Source: Eubacteriales bacterium
Lineage (GTDB): Bacteria; Bacillota; Clostridia; Oscillospirales; CAG-382
NCBI GenBank assembly: GCA_045577475.1
Contig: JAZNIM010000045.1
Coordinates: 1-47,837, forward strand
Length of the DNA: 47,837 nt
Direction of reading: 5' to 3'
The translations under genes and the position numbers were made by a program. Numbering within the stretch: position 1 is the first letter of the stretch; each line of letters opens with the position of its first letter. Positions 28,769 to 38,693 of this stretch are shown here, piece after piece. A model generated the notes under the pieces. That model was not told the origin of the DNA, did no database searches, and saw nothing but the letters and a program-made list of their open reading frames with translations.

Positions 28769-28966
28769 ATGGAAATAAAAGCATTCGGCGTAGGAGATAC
28801 GCTGACCATGAAGAAAAATCACGCCTGCTCTAAGACAGCAAAGCAAATGCTTGTGCTTATGGCAGGAAGCGATATCAAGGTAAGATGCATCTCTTGCGGC
28901 AGAGAAATGATAATACCCAGAGTCAAGCTTGAAAAAAGTATAAAAAACGTTACCCGAAAGGAATAA
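28769..28966 (+). CDS. DUF951 family protein
   Basis: VGDTLTMKKNHAC...GSDIKVRCISCGREMIIPR pattern. Confidence 0.82.
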   Translation: MEIKAFGVGDTLTMKKNHACSKTAKQMLVLMAGSDIKVRCISCGREMIIPRVKLEKSIKNVTRKE

Positions 28967-28974
28967 TATAAAAC

Positions 28975-30054
28975 ATGTTTGAAAATCTTAAAGAAGCAGA
29001 AAAACACTTTGAAGAAATAAACGAAATGCTCATGGACCCCGAGGTTATTTCCGACAACGAGAAATACAAAAACCTCATGAAGGAGCACAAAAACCTTTCC
29101 CCCATTATCGACAAATACCGTGAGTACAAATCCACCGAGGAAAACCTTGAGCAGGCAAAAGAGCTTCTGGATGATGCCTCCACCGATGCGGAAATGAAGG
29201 AGCTTGCCGAGGAGGAAATGAAGGAGTGCAAGGAAGCTCTTGAAACCATTACCGAGGAGCTTAAAATCTTGCTTCTTCCTAAAGATGAGGACGATGACAA
29301 GAACGTTATCATCGAAATCCGTGCAGGAACAGGCGGTGAGGAAGCGGCTCTCTTTGCCCACAGCATTTTCAGAATGTACTCCATGTATTCAGACAGAAAA
29401 GGCTACAAAATCGAAATAATGAACCAGAACGAAACCGAGCTTGGCGGTATCAAGGAAATATCCTTCATGGTTGAAGGAAACGGTGCGTTCTCTCGCTTCA
29501 AGTTTGAAAGCGGTGTTCACAGGGTTCAGAGAGTTCCCGAAACCGAAACTCAGGGACGTGTACACACCTCGGCAATAACCGTGGCAGTGCTTCCCGAAGC
29601 TGAGGAGGTTGAAATTGACATAAACCCCGCCGACCTTGAAATTGACACCTTCCGAAGCGGCGGTGCAGGAGGTCAGCACGTCAATAAAACCGACTCCGCA
29701 ATCCGTATCACCCATAAGCCGACGGGTGTTGTTGTTGAATGTCAGGATGAGCGAAGCCAGTTCAAGAACAGGGACAAGGCGATGAAGATGCTGAGAACCA
29801 AGCTTCTTGATGCCGAGAGAACAAAGCAGCAGAACGCCATTTCCTCCGAGCGTAAGAGTCAGGTGGGAAGCGGTGACAGAAGTGAAAGAATAAGAACCTA
29901 TAACTATCCTCAGAGCCGTCTTACAGACCACAGAATAGGTCTTACCCTTTACAGTCTTGAGCAAATTCTTGACGGCGACCTTGACGGTGTAATTGATGCA
30001 CTTATCACGGCAGATACCGCAGAAAAACTTCAGAACAGCGAGTTTAATTCATAA
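28975..30054 (+). CDS. prfA: Peptide chain release factor 1
   Basis: [19 protein letters not shown] (PxT motif), GGQ and RIRTYNYPQ. Confidence 0.97.
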   Translation: MFENLKEAEKHFEEINEMLMDPEVISDNEKYKNLMKEHKNLSPIIDKYREYKSTEENLEQAKELLDDASTDAEMKELAEEEMKECKEALETITEELKILLLPKDEDDDKNVIIEIRAGTGGEEAALFAHSIFRMYSMYSDRKGYKIEIMNQNETELGGIKEISFMVEGNGAFSRFKFESGVHRVQRVPETETQGRVHTSAITVAVLPEAEEVEIDINPADLEIDTFRSGGAGGQHVNKTDSAIRITHKPTGVVVECQDERSQFKNRDKAMKMLRTKLLDAERTKQQNAISSERKSQVGSGDRSERIRTYNYPQSRLTDHRIGLTLYSLEQILDGDLDGVIDALITADTAEKLQNSEFNS

Positions 30055-31136
30055 TGATACTTGAAAAAACAGTAGTATTGAGAGTCGAGCCTGATTTATC
30101 GGGTGAGGACGATATAAAAAACCTTACCTTTGCGGCAGAGGTGTTGAAAAAAGGCGGTCTTGTGGCATTTCCCACGGAAACCGTCTACGGATTGGGTGCA
30201 AACGCTATTGACGAAAATGCGGTAAAGTCCATTTTCGAGGCAAAAGGACGTGCACAGGACAATCCTCTTATTGTGCATCTTGCTTCTACGGCGGACATGA
30301 ATAAGTACGCAAAGGCTGAGGAATGCAGTAAGGCGGGTGTGCTTTTTAACCAAATGCCAGCTCCCCTTACGGTAATTATGCCAAGACGTGAGATTATTCC
30401 TCTCACGGTCACGGCAGGACTTGAAAGTGTTGCACTTCGTGTTCCCGACAATGCGGTTGCAAGAAAGCTTATTGAGCTTTCGGGTCTTCCCGTTGCCGCA
30501 CCCAGTGCAAATATATCGGGAAAGCCGAGTCCCACAACGGCTATTCATGTAATACATGACATGTCAGGCAGGGCGGATGTTATTATTGATGCAGGTGCAT
30601 GCAGCGTGGGGCTTGAATCAACGGTGGTTTCTCTTTGCTATGAAGTGCCAAGGCTTCTTCGTCCCGGCGGATTTACCTATGAAAGACTGTGCGGGCTTTT
30701 GGGTGATGTGGAAATATCCGATGCCGTTCTTTCACAGCTTAAAGAGGGACAAAAGCCTGAATCTCCTGGAATGAAATACAAGCACTACGCACCCGATGCA
30801 AGAGTAATACTTGTAAAGGGCAAAAAGGAAAATGTATCCGCACTTCTGTGTAAAAAATACATGGAAGGCAATGTGGGAATAATATGCTATGAAGGCGACA
30901 CAGGCTTTGAAGGCGAAAAGATTATTTCTGTAGGAAGCAGAGCCGACAACTGCGAATATGCCGAGAAAATGTTTGATGCACTTCGCAGCATGGACGTTAT
31001 AAAAGGCATTGACACGGTTTATGCCGTGCTTCCCGAGAATACTACGGGAATTTCCCTTGCAATATACAACAGAATGTTAAGAGCTGCCGCATTCTATGTG
31101 GTGGATGCCGATGAGATGGCAAAAAAGGGAGAGTGA
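30054..31136 (+). CDS. sua5: L-threonylcarbamoyladenylate synthase (Sua5/TsaC2)
   Basis: FPTETVYGLG, KGRAQDNPLIVH, APSANISG and PGMKYKHYAP motifs. Confidence 0.93.
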   Translation: MILEKTVVLRVEPDLSGEDDIKNLTFAAEVLKKGGLVAFPTETVYGLGANAIDENAVKSIFEAKGRAQDNPLIVHLASTADMNKYAKAEECSKAGVLFNQMPAPLTVIMPRREIIPLTVTAGLESVALRVPDNAVARKLIELSGLPVAAPSANISGKPSPTTAIHVIHDMSGRADVIIDAGACSVGLESTVVSLCYEVPRLLRPGGFTYERLCGLLGDVEISDAVLSQLKEGQKPESPGMKYKHYAPDARVILVKGKKENVSALLCKKYMEGNVGIICYEGDTGFEGEKIISVGSRADNCEYAEKMFDALRSMDVIKGIDTVYAVLPENTTGISLAIYNRMLRAAAFYVVDADEMAKKGE

Positions 31137-31140
31137 AAAT

Positions 31141-31764
31141 ATGCTTATTCTGGGACTTACGGGACAGAGCGGAGCAGGAAAAGGCATATTTTCAAAGGCA
31201 GTATCGGCGTTTGACGGCGTTTATGTGCTTGACACCGACATAACGGCACGTCAGGTTGTTGAAAAAGGACAGCCCTGTCTTGATGAGCTATGCAGTTATT
31301 TCGGCACCGATATTCTTAATGAGGACGGAACGCTCAACCGCAGAAAGCTTGCATCCATTGCCTTTGGCGACAAAGAAAAGCATGAGGCACTTAACAGAAT
31401 TACCCACCTTCACATTATGAAAAAGATAAAGGCGTGGCTGGATGACTGCAAGAAAAACGAGGCTGTATGTGCAATTATTGATGCACCGCTGCTTTTTGAA
31501 AGCGGCAGCGATAAGCTGTGTCATGTTACCGTCGGCATTATCGCCCCGAAAGAGTTTCGTCTTGAAAGAATAATGAACCGTGACGGTATTGATGAGAAAA
31601 ACGGCAGAATCCGTCTTGATTCCCAGCCTGATGACGGCTTTTTCAGAGAAAAATGCGATTACATTCTTGAAAACAGCAGTGATTGTCAGGCGTTTGAAAA
31701 GTCGGCAAAAGAGTTATTTTCTGAAATTCTATCAAAATACACAACGAAAGGCAGTTGTAAATGA
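31141..31764 (+). CDS. coaE: Dephospho-CoA kinase
   Basis: GLTGQSGAGK P-loop, LNRRKLA and DAPLLFES motifs. Confidence 0.9.
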   Translation: MLILGLTGQSGAGKGIFSKAVSAFDGVYVLDTDITARQVVEKGQPCLDELCSYFGTDILNEDGTLNRRKLASIAFGDKEKHEALNRITHLHIMKKIKAWLDDCKKNEAVCAIIDAPLLFESGSDKLCHVTVGIIAPKEFRLERIMNRDGIDEKNGRIRLDSQPDDGFFREKCDYILENSSDCQAFEKSAKELFSEILSKYTTKGSCK

Positions 31765-32324
31765 AGAAAACTCTACCAATAATATGCATACTCATTACAG
31801 CGGCTATCGTAGCTTTTTGCTGGGTGAAGATAGATACGGCACTTACCAAAAAGTATCATCCGCTGGAATACAGCGAATACGTTGAAAAGTATGCCGAAGA
31901 ATATGCAGTTTCAAAGGAGCTTGTCTACGCCGTTATTAAAACGGAAAGCAAGTTCACAAGCGATGCAGTATCCGAAAGCGGAGCGGTGGGACTTATGCAG
32001 ATAATGCCCGACACCTTCACATGGCTATGCGAAAAAAATTCGGACAGCAACAACAATCCCGACCTATTATACACGCCCGAGGTCAACATTAAATACGGTG
32101 TTATGTACCTGAGCATGCTGTACACAGATTTCGGAAGCTGGGAAACGGCTCTTGCGGCATACAATGCAGGTCCCAACAAGGTTAAAAGCTGGTTAAATAA
32201 TTCCGATTATTCCGACGGTGAAAGACTCATAAACATTCCCTATGAGGAAACGGAAAACTATGTAAAAAAAGTGCTGAATGCACGGGATGCTTACAGAGAA
32301 TTGTATTTCAGTTCAAATAAGTAA
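31761..32324 (+). CDS. Lytic transglycosylase (SLT domain)
   Basis: IKTES, GAVGLMQIMP, AAYNAG and IPYEETENYV motifs. Confidence 0.92.
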   Translation: MKKTLPIICILITAAIVAFCWVKIDTALTKKYHPLEYSEYVEKYAEEYAVSKELVYAVIKTESKFTSDAVSESGAVGLMQIMPDTFTWLCEKNSDSNNNPDLLYTPEVNIKYGVMYLSMLYTDFGSWETALAAYNAGPNKVKSWLNNSDYSDGERLINIPYEETENYVKKVLNARDAYRELYFSSNK

Positions 32325-32338
32325 TATTACACGAAAGG

Positions 32339-33751
32339 ATGAGTGATATGTCAGAAAAGTCCAAAGCAGAGCTTCTTAAAGAAGAGCTTTACATGACAAA
32401 GAAAAACGCATACGAGCTGCTGTCAAAGGAAGAAATAGAGCAGTGCTATGACTACTGCGAAGGCTACAAAAAATTCCTTGACGAATGTAAAACCGAAAGA
32501 GAATCCGTAACCTATGCCGTAAAATTCCTTGAGGAAAAAGGCTTCAGGCCCTTTGAATACGGCAAAGAATACAAAACAGGCGACAAATTCTACCTCAACA
32601 ACAGAGGTAAGGCAATTTACATTGTTGTAATGGGACAGAAACCTCTTGATGAAGGTGTCCGCATCGCGGCGGCTCACGTTGACAGTCCCAGAATTGATTT
32701 GAAGCAGAATCCTCTTTACGAGGACGGCGGCTTTGCGTTCTTTAAAACCCACTATTACGGCGGCATCAAAAAGTTCCAGTGGGTTACAATACCTCTTGCA
32801 ATTCACGGCGTTATCGTCAAGAAGGACGGAACAACCGTTGATGTGTGCATAGGCGAGGACGACAGCGACCCTGTATTCTACATCACAGACGTGCTTCCTC
32901 ATCTGGGCAAGGACCAGGCAGGAAAGAGTCTTGGCAGTGCCTTCAACGGCGAACAGCTTAACATTCTTTGCGGCAGCCGTCCTTATGACGATGAGAAGGT
33001 TAAGGATATCAAGCTGAACATCTTAGGCATTCTTAATGAAAAGTACGGAATTGTTGAAGCAGATTTTCTCTCAAGCGAGCTGAGTGTTGTTCCTTCAATC
33101 AAAGCACGTGACCTTGGCTTTGACAGAAGCCTTATTGCAGCTTACGGTCATGATGACAGAGTTTGCGCATATCCCATTCTGACAGCTTGCGTGGATTCCT
33201 GCAAGGACAGTGCGCCCACATATACCACAGTTACAATTTTCGCCGACAAGGAAGAAACCGGCAGCGACGGAAACACAGGCATGCAGTCCTTTGCATTTGA
33301 AGATATGCTTAAGGAAATGTGCGAGAATGCAGGTCAGAATGTCAGAAAAATGTTTGCTAACTCCACTTGCCTGTCGGCTGACGTAAACGCCTGCTTTGAC
33401 CCCAACTTCGGCGAGGTTTATGAATCAAGAAACACTGCCTACATCAACAAGGGCGTGTGCGTGACAAAATTCACCGGCGGCGGCGGAAAAGGCGGCACTA
33501 ACGATGCTCATGCAGAATACGTTGGCTTTGTAAGAAACCTCTTTGACGAAAACGGCGTTGTGTGGCAGACAGGCGAGCTTGGTAAGGTTGACCAGGGCGG
33601 TGGCGGAACAGTTGCAAAGTACATCTCAAAGCTCAATGCAGATGTAATTGACGTAGGTGTTCCCGTAATCTCCATGCACGCACCCTGCGAAGTGGTTTCC
33701 AAAACAGACGTATGGGCGGCATATAAGGCATTTCTTGCCTTCTTCAAATAG
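32339..33751 (+). CDS. M18 family aminopeptidase
   Basis: AHVDSPR, YGGIKKFQW, GHDDRVC, DKEETGS and SMHAP motifs. Confidence 0.9.
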   Translation: MSDMSEKSKAELLKEELYMTKKNAYELLSKEEIEQCYDYCEGYKKFLDECKTERESVTYAVKFLEEKGFRPFEYGKEYKTGDKFYLNNRGKAIYIVVMGQKPLDEGVRIAAAHVDSPRIDLKQNPLYEDGGFAFFKTHYYGGIKKFQWVTIPLAIHGVIVKKDGTTVDVCIGEDDSDPVFYITDVLPHLGKDQAGKSLGSAFNGEQLNILCGSRPYDDEKVKDIKLNILGILNEKYGIVEADFLSSELSVVPSIKARDLGFDRSLIAAYGHDDRVCAYPILTACVDSCKDSAPTYTTVTIFADKEETGSDGNTGMQSFAFEDMLKEMCENAGQNVRKMFANSTCLSADVNACFDPNFGEVYESRNTAYINKGVCVTKFTGGGGKGGTNDAHAEYVGFVRNLFDENGVVWQTGELGKVDQGGGGTVAKYISKLNADVIDVGVPVISMHAPCEVVSKTDVWAAYKAFLAFFK

Positions 33752-33876
33752 TCGGCAACACCTTGCAGCTATGACTGTTTCAGTCTTTTGTGCAATTGTG
33801 TCGGACAAATCGTGAATTGTCCGTACAAATACGGCAGGAAACAACAAATATTTATCAAAAAAAATCTATAACGGCA

Positions 33877-33932
33877 ACAGCCAAAATCTTTTCTCTTTGC
33901 TTACTTTTTCTTTTCAGCAAAGAGAAAGTAAG
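33877..33932. repeat. Pyrimidine/purine palindromic repeat (triplex-type family)
   Basis: ACAGCCAAAAT followed by CTTTTCTCTTTGCTTACTTTTTCTTTTCAGCAAAGAGAAAGTAAG; related to 37081-37127 and 43149-43205. Confidence 0.6.
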
Positions 33933-33942
33933 GAGAAATAAA

Positions 33943-35250
33943 ATGAACATTAAAGAGTTAAAGGAAGCCATTAAAAACGGCGGATACGACAAAGCATTTA
34001 AAGAATTATACGGCTCTGACTGCGACCTTGAAGCAGTAAAGGCAAGATACCTTGTTTGTGCCGACGGCTTTGAAGAAAACTACGGCACCAAGAAGTACGG
34101 CGAAGTTCAGATGTTTTCCGTAGCAGGCAGAAGCGAAATTTCAGGCAACCACACCGACCACAACCACGGAAAGGTACTTGCAGCATCCATCACCCTTGAC
34201 ATTATTTCAGTTGCGGCAAAGAACGACGACGGTGTAATCGCCGTTAAATCCGAAGGTTTTCCCGAGGACGTAGTATGTCTTTGTGACGTTGAAAACGTAA
34301 GAGATGACGAAAAATACAAGGCAAGTGCAATTATCAGAGGCATGTGTGACGGCTTCAAGAAGAACGGCTTCAACATCGGTTCTTACTATGCATACACCAC
34401 CTCCAGCGTTCTCAAGGGTTCGGGACTCAGCTCCTCTGCCGCTTTTGAGGACATGATAGGAAACATGCTCAACTACTTCTACAACGACGGTAAGATTGAC
34501 AATGTTGAAATTGCAAAGATTGCACAGTATGCTGAAAATGTTCATTTCGGCAAGCCCTGCGGACTTATGGATCAGGTTGCATGTGCTGTGGGCGGTTTTG
34601 TTGCCATTGACTTTAAGGATCCCTCAAAGCCCATCGTTGAAAAGCTTCCCTTTGAGCTTGACAAGTTTGACATGGCACTTTGTATCGTAAACACAGGCGG
34701 AAACCATGCAGACCTCAACGAGGACTATGCTTCCGTTCCCGCCGACATGAAAAAGGTTGCGAAGGTACTGGGAGTTGAATTTTTACGTGATTCCACCAAG
34801 GAAGCACTTCTTGACAAGGCTCTTGAAATCAGACAGACTCTCGGCGACAAGTGTCTTATGAGAGCCATGCACTTCTACAACGAAAACGTAAGAGTTACAA
34901 AGCAGAAGGAAGCACTTGCAAACGGCAATCTCGCCGCCTTCCTTGACGGTGTAAAAGCATCAGGCAATTCCTCCTTCACAATGCTTCAGAACGTATATAC
35001 AACAAAGAATGTTGACGAACAGGGTCTTAGCCTTGCGCTTGCACTCACAGCAGAGGTTCTTGGCGGCGAAGCAAATGCGGCATGGCGTGTACACGGCGGC
35101 GGCTTTGCAGGAACAATTCAGGCATTTGTACCCAAGGCTAAGGTTTCCGAGTATAAGGAAAGCCTTGAAAAAGTATTCGGAGAAGGCAATGTATACGTGC
35201 TTGGCGTTAGAAAATACGGTGCGGCTTCTCTTGAATATCTCAACAAGTAA
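33943..35250 (+). CDS. galK: Galactokinase
   Basis: GRSEISGNHTDHN, GSGLSSSAA, GKPCGLMDQ and RVHGGGFAG motifs; ATG 33943 follows AAGGAG. Confidence 0.88.
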   Translation: MNIKELKEAIKNGGYDKAFKELYGSDCDLEAVKARYLVCADGFEENYGTKKYGEVQMFSVAGRSEISGNHTDHNHGKVLAASITLDIISVAAKNDDGVIAVKSEGFPEDVVCLCDVENVRDDEKYKASAIIRGMCDGFKKNGFNIGSYYAYTTSSVLKGSGLSSSAAFEDMIGNMLNYFYNDGKIDNVEIAKIAQYAENVHFGKPCGLMDQVACAVGGFVAIDFKDPSKPIVEKLPFELDKFDMALCIVNTGGNHADLNEDYASVPADMKKVAKVLGVEFLRDSTKEALLDKALEIRQTLGDKCLMRAMHFYNENVRVTKQKEALANGNLAAFLDGVKASGNSSFTMLQNVYTTKNVDEQGLSLALALTAEVLGGEANAAWRVHGGGFAGTIQAFVPKAKVSEYKESLEKVFGEGNVYVLGVRKYGAASLEYLNK

Positions 35251-35256
35251 AACAGC

Positions 35257-35622
35257 ATGAAAAATCTCAAATATCTTGCTTTGCTGATTGTAAACCTGAT
35301 TCTTGTGGGCGGCATTTATATAATGTGCGTAACAAGCGGCAACCCCAAGCTTCTTGTTATAATGCCCGTATACCAGATTATAGCAATACTTGCAATATGC
35401 GGATATGCATTTCTGTGCATGAGGCATAACAACAACATCGGCAAAGCAAAGGTCATGGGACAGGAAATTGACAAGGAATATGTTCGCAAGAGTAAGACCA
35501 CGCTCAAGTGGTACATTGTTGCATTTTTACCCTTTGTAATGACGGTTTTATGCGACTACATTTACCTGTTACTCCTTGCGGACAACCCCGCATTCCAGTC
35601 CCTTATAAAATTTATCAGTTAG
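35257..35622 (+). CDS. Hypothetical membrane protein
   Basis: Three hydrophobic segments; in-operon spacing. Confidence 0.65.
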   Translation: MKNLKYLALLIVNLILVGGIYIMCVTSGNPKLLVIMPVYQIIAILAICGYAFLCMRHNNNIGKAKVMGQEIDKEYVRKSKTTLKWYIVAFLPFVMTVLCDYIYLLLLADNPAFQSLIKFIS

Positions 35623-35635
35623 GAAATTTTGTGTA

Positions 35636-36409
35636 ATGTTCAAAGCAATCCCCCTGTTTTCAGGCTCATCGGGAAACTGTGTTTATTTGCAGTACAATGA
35701 CGAGGAAATCCTCATTGATGCAGGCGTTTCCTTCAAGCGTATATGTACGGCGCTTAACAGCATCGGAAGTGACATTTCAAGAATCAAGGCTCTGCTTGTG
35801 ACTCACGAGCATTCCGACCATGTTAAGGCACTGGATGTATTATCCAAGCACACGGATATACCGATATACATAAATTCAAGCTCCGCAAGGGCATTTTACT
35901 GTCATGCGGACGAGCTTTTTTGCGGTCATGCCGTAATAGCAGAACCCAATGAAACGCTTACCTTTAACGGCTTTGAGGCAAACATTTTTGCAACACCTCA
36001 TGACTCGGAAGGCTCGGTTGGGTATCATTTCAGCTTTTCGGACAACGAGCGTTTCGCTCTTGCTACCGACATCGGTCATTTAACGGATGAAATCACATCG
36101 TATCTTCTTGGCTGCAAGGAGGTAGTGCTGGAGTCCAACCACGACATAAAAATGCTCAACAACGGTCCGTACCCGTATCTGCTGAAAAAAAGAATACTTT
36201 CGGACAGGGGACACTTATCAAACGAAGCATGTGCACAGTTTGTTCCAAAGCTTGTTGAAAGCGGAACAAAGAAAATAATGCTTGCACACCTGTCGGCAGA
36301 AAACAACACACCGTCACTTGCGTATCAGACCTCGGCAGAGGCACTTGCATCGGCAGGCTTTACACCCGACGACATCAAGCTTACCGTCGCTATGCGCAGC
36401 ATAATCTAA
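35636..36409 (+). CDS. MBL-fold metallo-hydrolase (YycJ/WalJ-like)
   Basis: SGSSGN, THEHSDH, ESNHD, GHLSN and HLSAENN motifs. Confidence 0.88.
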   Translation: MFKAIPLFSGSSGNCVYLQYNDEEILIDAGVSFKRICTALNSIGSDISRIKALLVTHEHSDHVKALDVLSKHTDIPIYINSSSARAFYCHADELFCGHAVIAEPNETLTFNGFEANIFATPHDSEGSVGYHFSFSDNERFALATDIGHLTDEITSYLLGCKEVVLESNHDIKMLNNGPYPYLLKKRILSDRGHLSNEACAQFVPKLVESGTKKIMLAHLSAENNTPSLAYQTSAEALASAGFTPDDIKLTVAMRSII

Positions 36410-36426
36410 AGGAGAGAATTAAGACA

Positions 36427-37080
36427 ATGAATACAAAAATAATAGTGGTACGCCATGCGCAAAGTACAGGAAATCTGCTTGGTGAATTCCACGGACAGTA
36501 CCCCTCTGACATAACGGAGCTTGGTGTAAAACAGGCAGAATGTACTTCAAAATTTTTAAAGGATTATAAAATCGACATTGCTTTTGCCAGCGATATTCCA
36601 AGAGCGTACCACACAACGCAGATTGTTGCACAGCCCCACGGACTTGAAGTAACGGGTGCCAAAGGACTTCGTGAGATTTTCGCAGGCGAGTGGGAGCAGA
36701 TGCCTTTTGACGACATCGGCGGAAAGTATCCCGAAGAATACAGACTTTGGCGTGAAGACCTGGGCAATGCGGCATGTCCCGGCGGCGAAAGCGTTAAGGA
36801 CTTACAGACAAGAGTCAATGCAGCTATTGAAAAAATAGTTAAAGAAAACCCGGGCAAAAACATTCTTATAGGTACTCATGCAACACCCATACGTGTTATG
36901 GCGTGCATCTGGCACAATGTGCCCCTTGAAAAGATTACCACCCTTCCATGGGTTCCCAATGCTTCGGTTTCTATTATCAATTACGACAGCGAAACATTGG
37001 AGCACTCTATTGAGGAATATGCGCTTTGCGAGCATCTATTGAAGGAGAATCTTGTGACGGAATTGCCGAAGAACATATGA
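36427..37080 (+). CDS. Histidine phosphatase family protein
   Basis: RHAQS, ASDIPRA, LREIFAGEWE, PGGES and GTH motifs. Confidence 0.88.
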   Translation: MNTKIIVVRHAQSTGNLLGEFHGQYPSDITELGVKQAECTSKFLKDYKIDIAFASDIPRAYHTTQIVAQPHGLEVTGAKGLREIFAGEWEQMPFDDIGGKYPEEYRLWREDLGNAACPGGESVKDLQTRVNAAIEKIVKENPGKNILIGTHATPIRVMACIWHNVPLEKITTLPWVPNASVSIINYDSETLEHSIEEYALCEHLLKENLVTELPKNI

Positions 37081-37264
37081 CTTACTTCTTCTTTTACAAA
37101 AAAGAAGAAGTAAGCAAGAAGAAAAGTAATTAGCACCAACAAATGATTGGATAAAGCCATTGCCGTTGGTGCTCAATTCGCTGTTTTGACCGCCATAAAC
37201 GCAAGCGGTCAAAACTATATAGAAATGCGAAAAAGAAGAAGTAAGCAAGTCGGGAACGCCCGAC
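37081..37264. repeat. Composite palindromic repeat with 20-bp direct repeats
   Basis: AAAAAGAAGAAGTAAGCAAG at 37099-37118 and 37230-37249; GTCGGGAACGCCCGAC hairpin shared with 43190-43205. Confidence 0.7.
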
Positions 37265-37320
37265 GGCGGTGATGTAACCATATCTTGGATTTACATCCGA
37301 TTATTAGTGCACGAGTAGTC

Positions 37321-37352
37321 AAAAAGACAGCCAAACAACGGCTGTCTTTTTT
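37321..37352. terminator. Bidirectional terminator
   Basis: AAAAAGACAGCC...GGCTGTCTTTTTT. Confidence 0.75.
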
Positions 37353-37642
37353 GGTTCTTTCTGAAAAACAAGATACAAGGGACGATGCCCACATCGTCCT
37401 GCAGTTTGCACATAATGCACGATTATCCTCCCGTGAGTCATACAACGAAACACAGGAGGCTTTATTCTTTAGAACAGAAAAACCGCCCTCATCCGAGAGC
37501 GGTTACAGTGTCAAAATCAATAGCCGTAAATCAAACTCACTTGTCGTACATTATAAGCCGTGAGTCTAATTTCCTCTATGGAAAGAACACTACCGGACAG
37601 GTAATAAACCCAAGTAAATAAAATGTAAAGCTAAATATTTAA

Positions 37643-37921
37643 TTACTGTTCTTCCTTCATTGCTGCGAAGCAGTCGCTGCAATAAACGGGTCTGTCGCTG
37701 GTGGGCTGGAAGGGAACTTTAGCTTCCTTGCCGCAGTTTGCACAGGTAGTTGTGAAGTATTCTCTCTGGGGCTTAGCTGCGTTCTTTCTCTTGTCACGGC
37801 AAGCCTTGCATCTCTGGGGTTCGTTCTGGAAGCCCTTTTCTGCATAGAATTCCTGTTCGCCTGCTGTGAAGATAAATTCTTCGCCGCAATCCTTACAAAC
37901 TAATGTCTTGTTTTCGTACAT
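37643..37921 (-). CDS. Double zinc-ribbon protein (zf-trcl plus CxxC-x17-CxxC)
   Basis: CKDCG...FTAGEQEFY...PQRCKAC and CANCG...VPFQP...PVYCSDC. Confidence 0.88.
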   Translation of the reverse strand: MYENKTLVCKDCGEEFIFTAGEQEFYAEKGFQNEPQRCKACRDKRKNAAKPQREYFTTTCANCGKEAKVPFQPTSDRPVYCSDCFAAMKEEQ

Positions 37922-38017
37922 GTTCTTTCCCTCGCTTTGAGTAAAAATATATTTTTTGTCCTTCGACGGTTACGAGCCGCCGCACTTTTGTGCCGTTCTA
38001 CGAAAGGACGTACTGCC

Positions 38018-38587
38018 TTATTTTGTGCCGTCAATATAGCTCCTCAGCTTTTTTCTCGCCCTGAAAAGTGTATTATCAACGGATTTTGCACTTTTGCCTG
38101 TTTTCTCAGAGATTTCCGATGTCTTGTATCCGCACACCTTCAAAAAAACAGCTTTTCTCTCGGTTTCCGAAAGTCCCGCAAAGCCCCGTGTTGACAAAAG
38201 CTGTCTGAACTGCTCCGAAAAAGCAATATCATCGGGTGCACCTGCCGTTGAAACCGCATCAACCTCATCACTGCCAACAGGTGCCATTCCCCCCACCGAA
38301 GCGTTATACTTGTTGACAAAATTCACCATGGCATTATTCATGCACACGGCAGCATAGGTGGAAAAGCTTGCCTGTTTGTTTTCGTCATAGCTCATAGCCG
38401 CACGGTAAAGTGCCATTCTGCCTTCCTGACAAAGGTCATCAAATTCGCCGTGAGGAAGATGAAACGCTCCCGCCAAAGAGGACACCGTCTTGGAAAATAT
38501 GCCCAAAAGCTCAACAAATGAAGCCGTATCGTTGTTTTTAACAGCCTGTACAAGCCGTAAAATCTCTGAATTATTGTTACTTTCCAA
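38018..38587 (-). CDS. Sigma-70 family factor, SigH-like
   Basis: Region 2 DDLCQEGRMALYRA...ASFSTYA; region 4 KSVDNTLFRARKKL; TTG start. Confidence 0.82.
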   Translation of the reverse strand: MESNNNSEILRLVQAVKNNDTASFVELLGIFSKTVSSLAGAFHLPHGEFDDLCQEGRMALYRAAMSYDENKQASFSTYAAVCMNNAMVNFVNKYNASVGGMAPVGSDEVDAVSTAGAPDDIAFSEQFRQLLSTRGFAGLSETERKAVFLKVCGYKTSEISEKTGKSAKSVDNTLFRARKKLRSYIDGTK

Positions 38588-38665
38588 TTTCCGCTCTCAC
38601 TTCTGCTGTGTAATCGTTAATGTAAGTATGACAAAAAAACCTGCATATGTGTAGGTGCAACTATA

Positions 38666-38693
38666 ATTATACCAAAATAGAATATTTTGTCAA
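38666..38693 (-). promoter_or_regulatory. Sigma-A promoter of the sigma factor gene
   Basis: Minus strand TTGACA-16 bp-TATAAT with extended TG. Confidence 0.7.

Noticed and set aside
33790-33942. 51-aa N-terminal extension of galactokinase
   Set aside because: It runs through a palindromic repeat; the RBS supports ATG 33943.
37081-37264. Possible CRISPR array (direct repeats with an intervening sequence)
   Set aside because: Only two low-complexity 20-bp repeats 131 bp apart, and no cas genes in the window.
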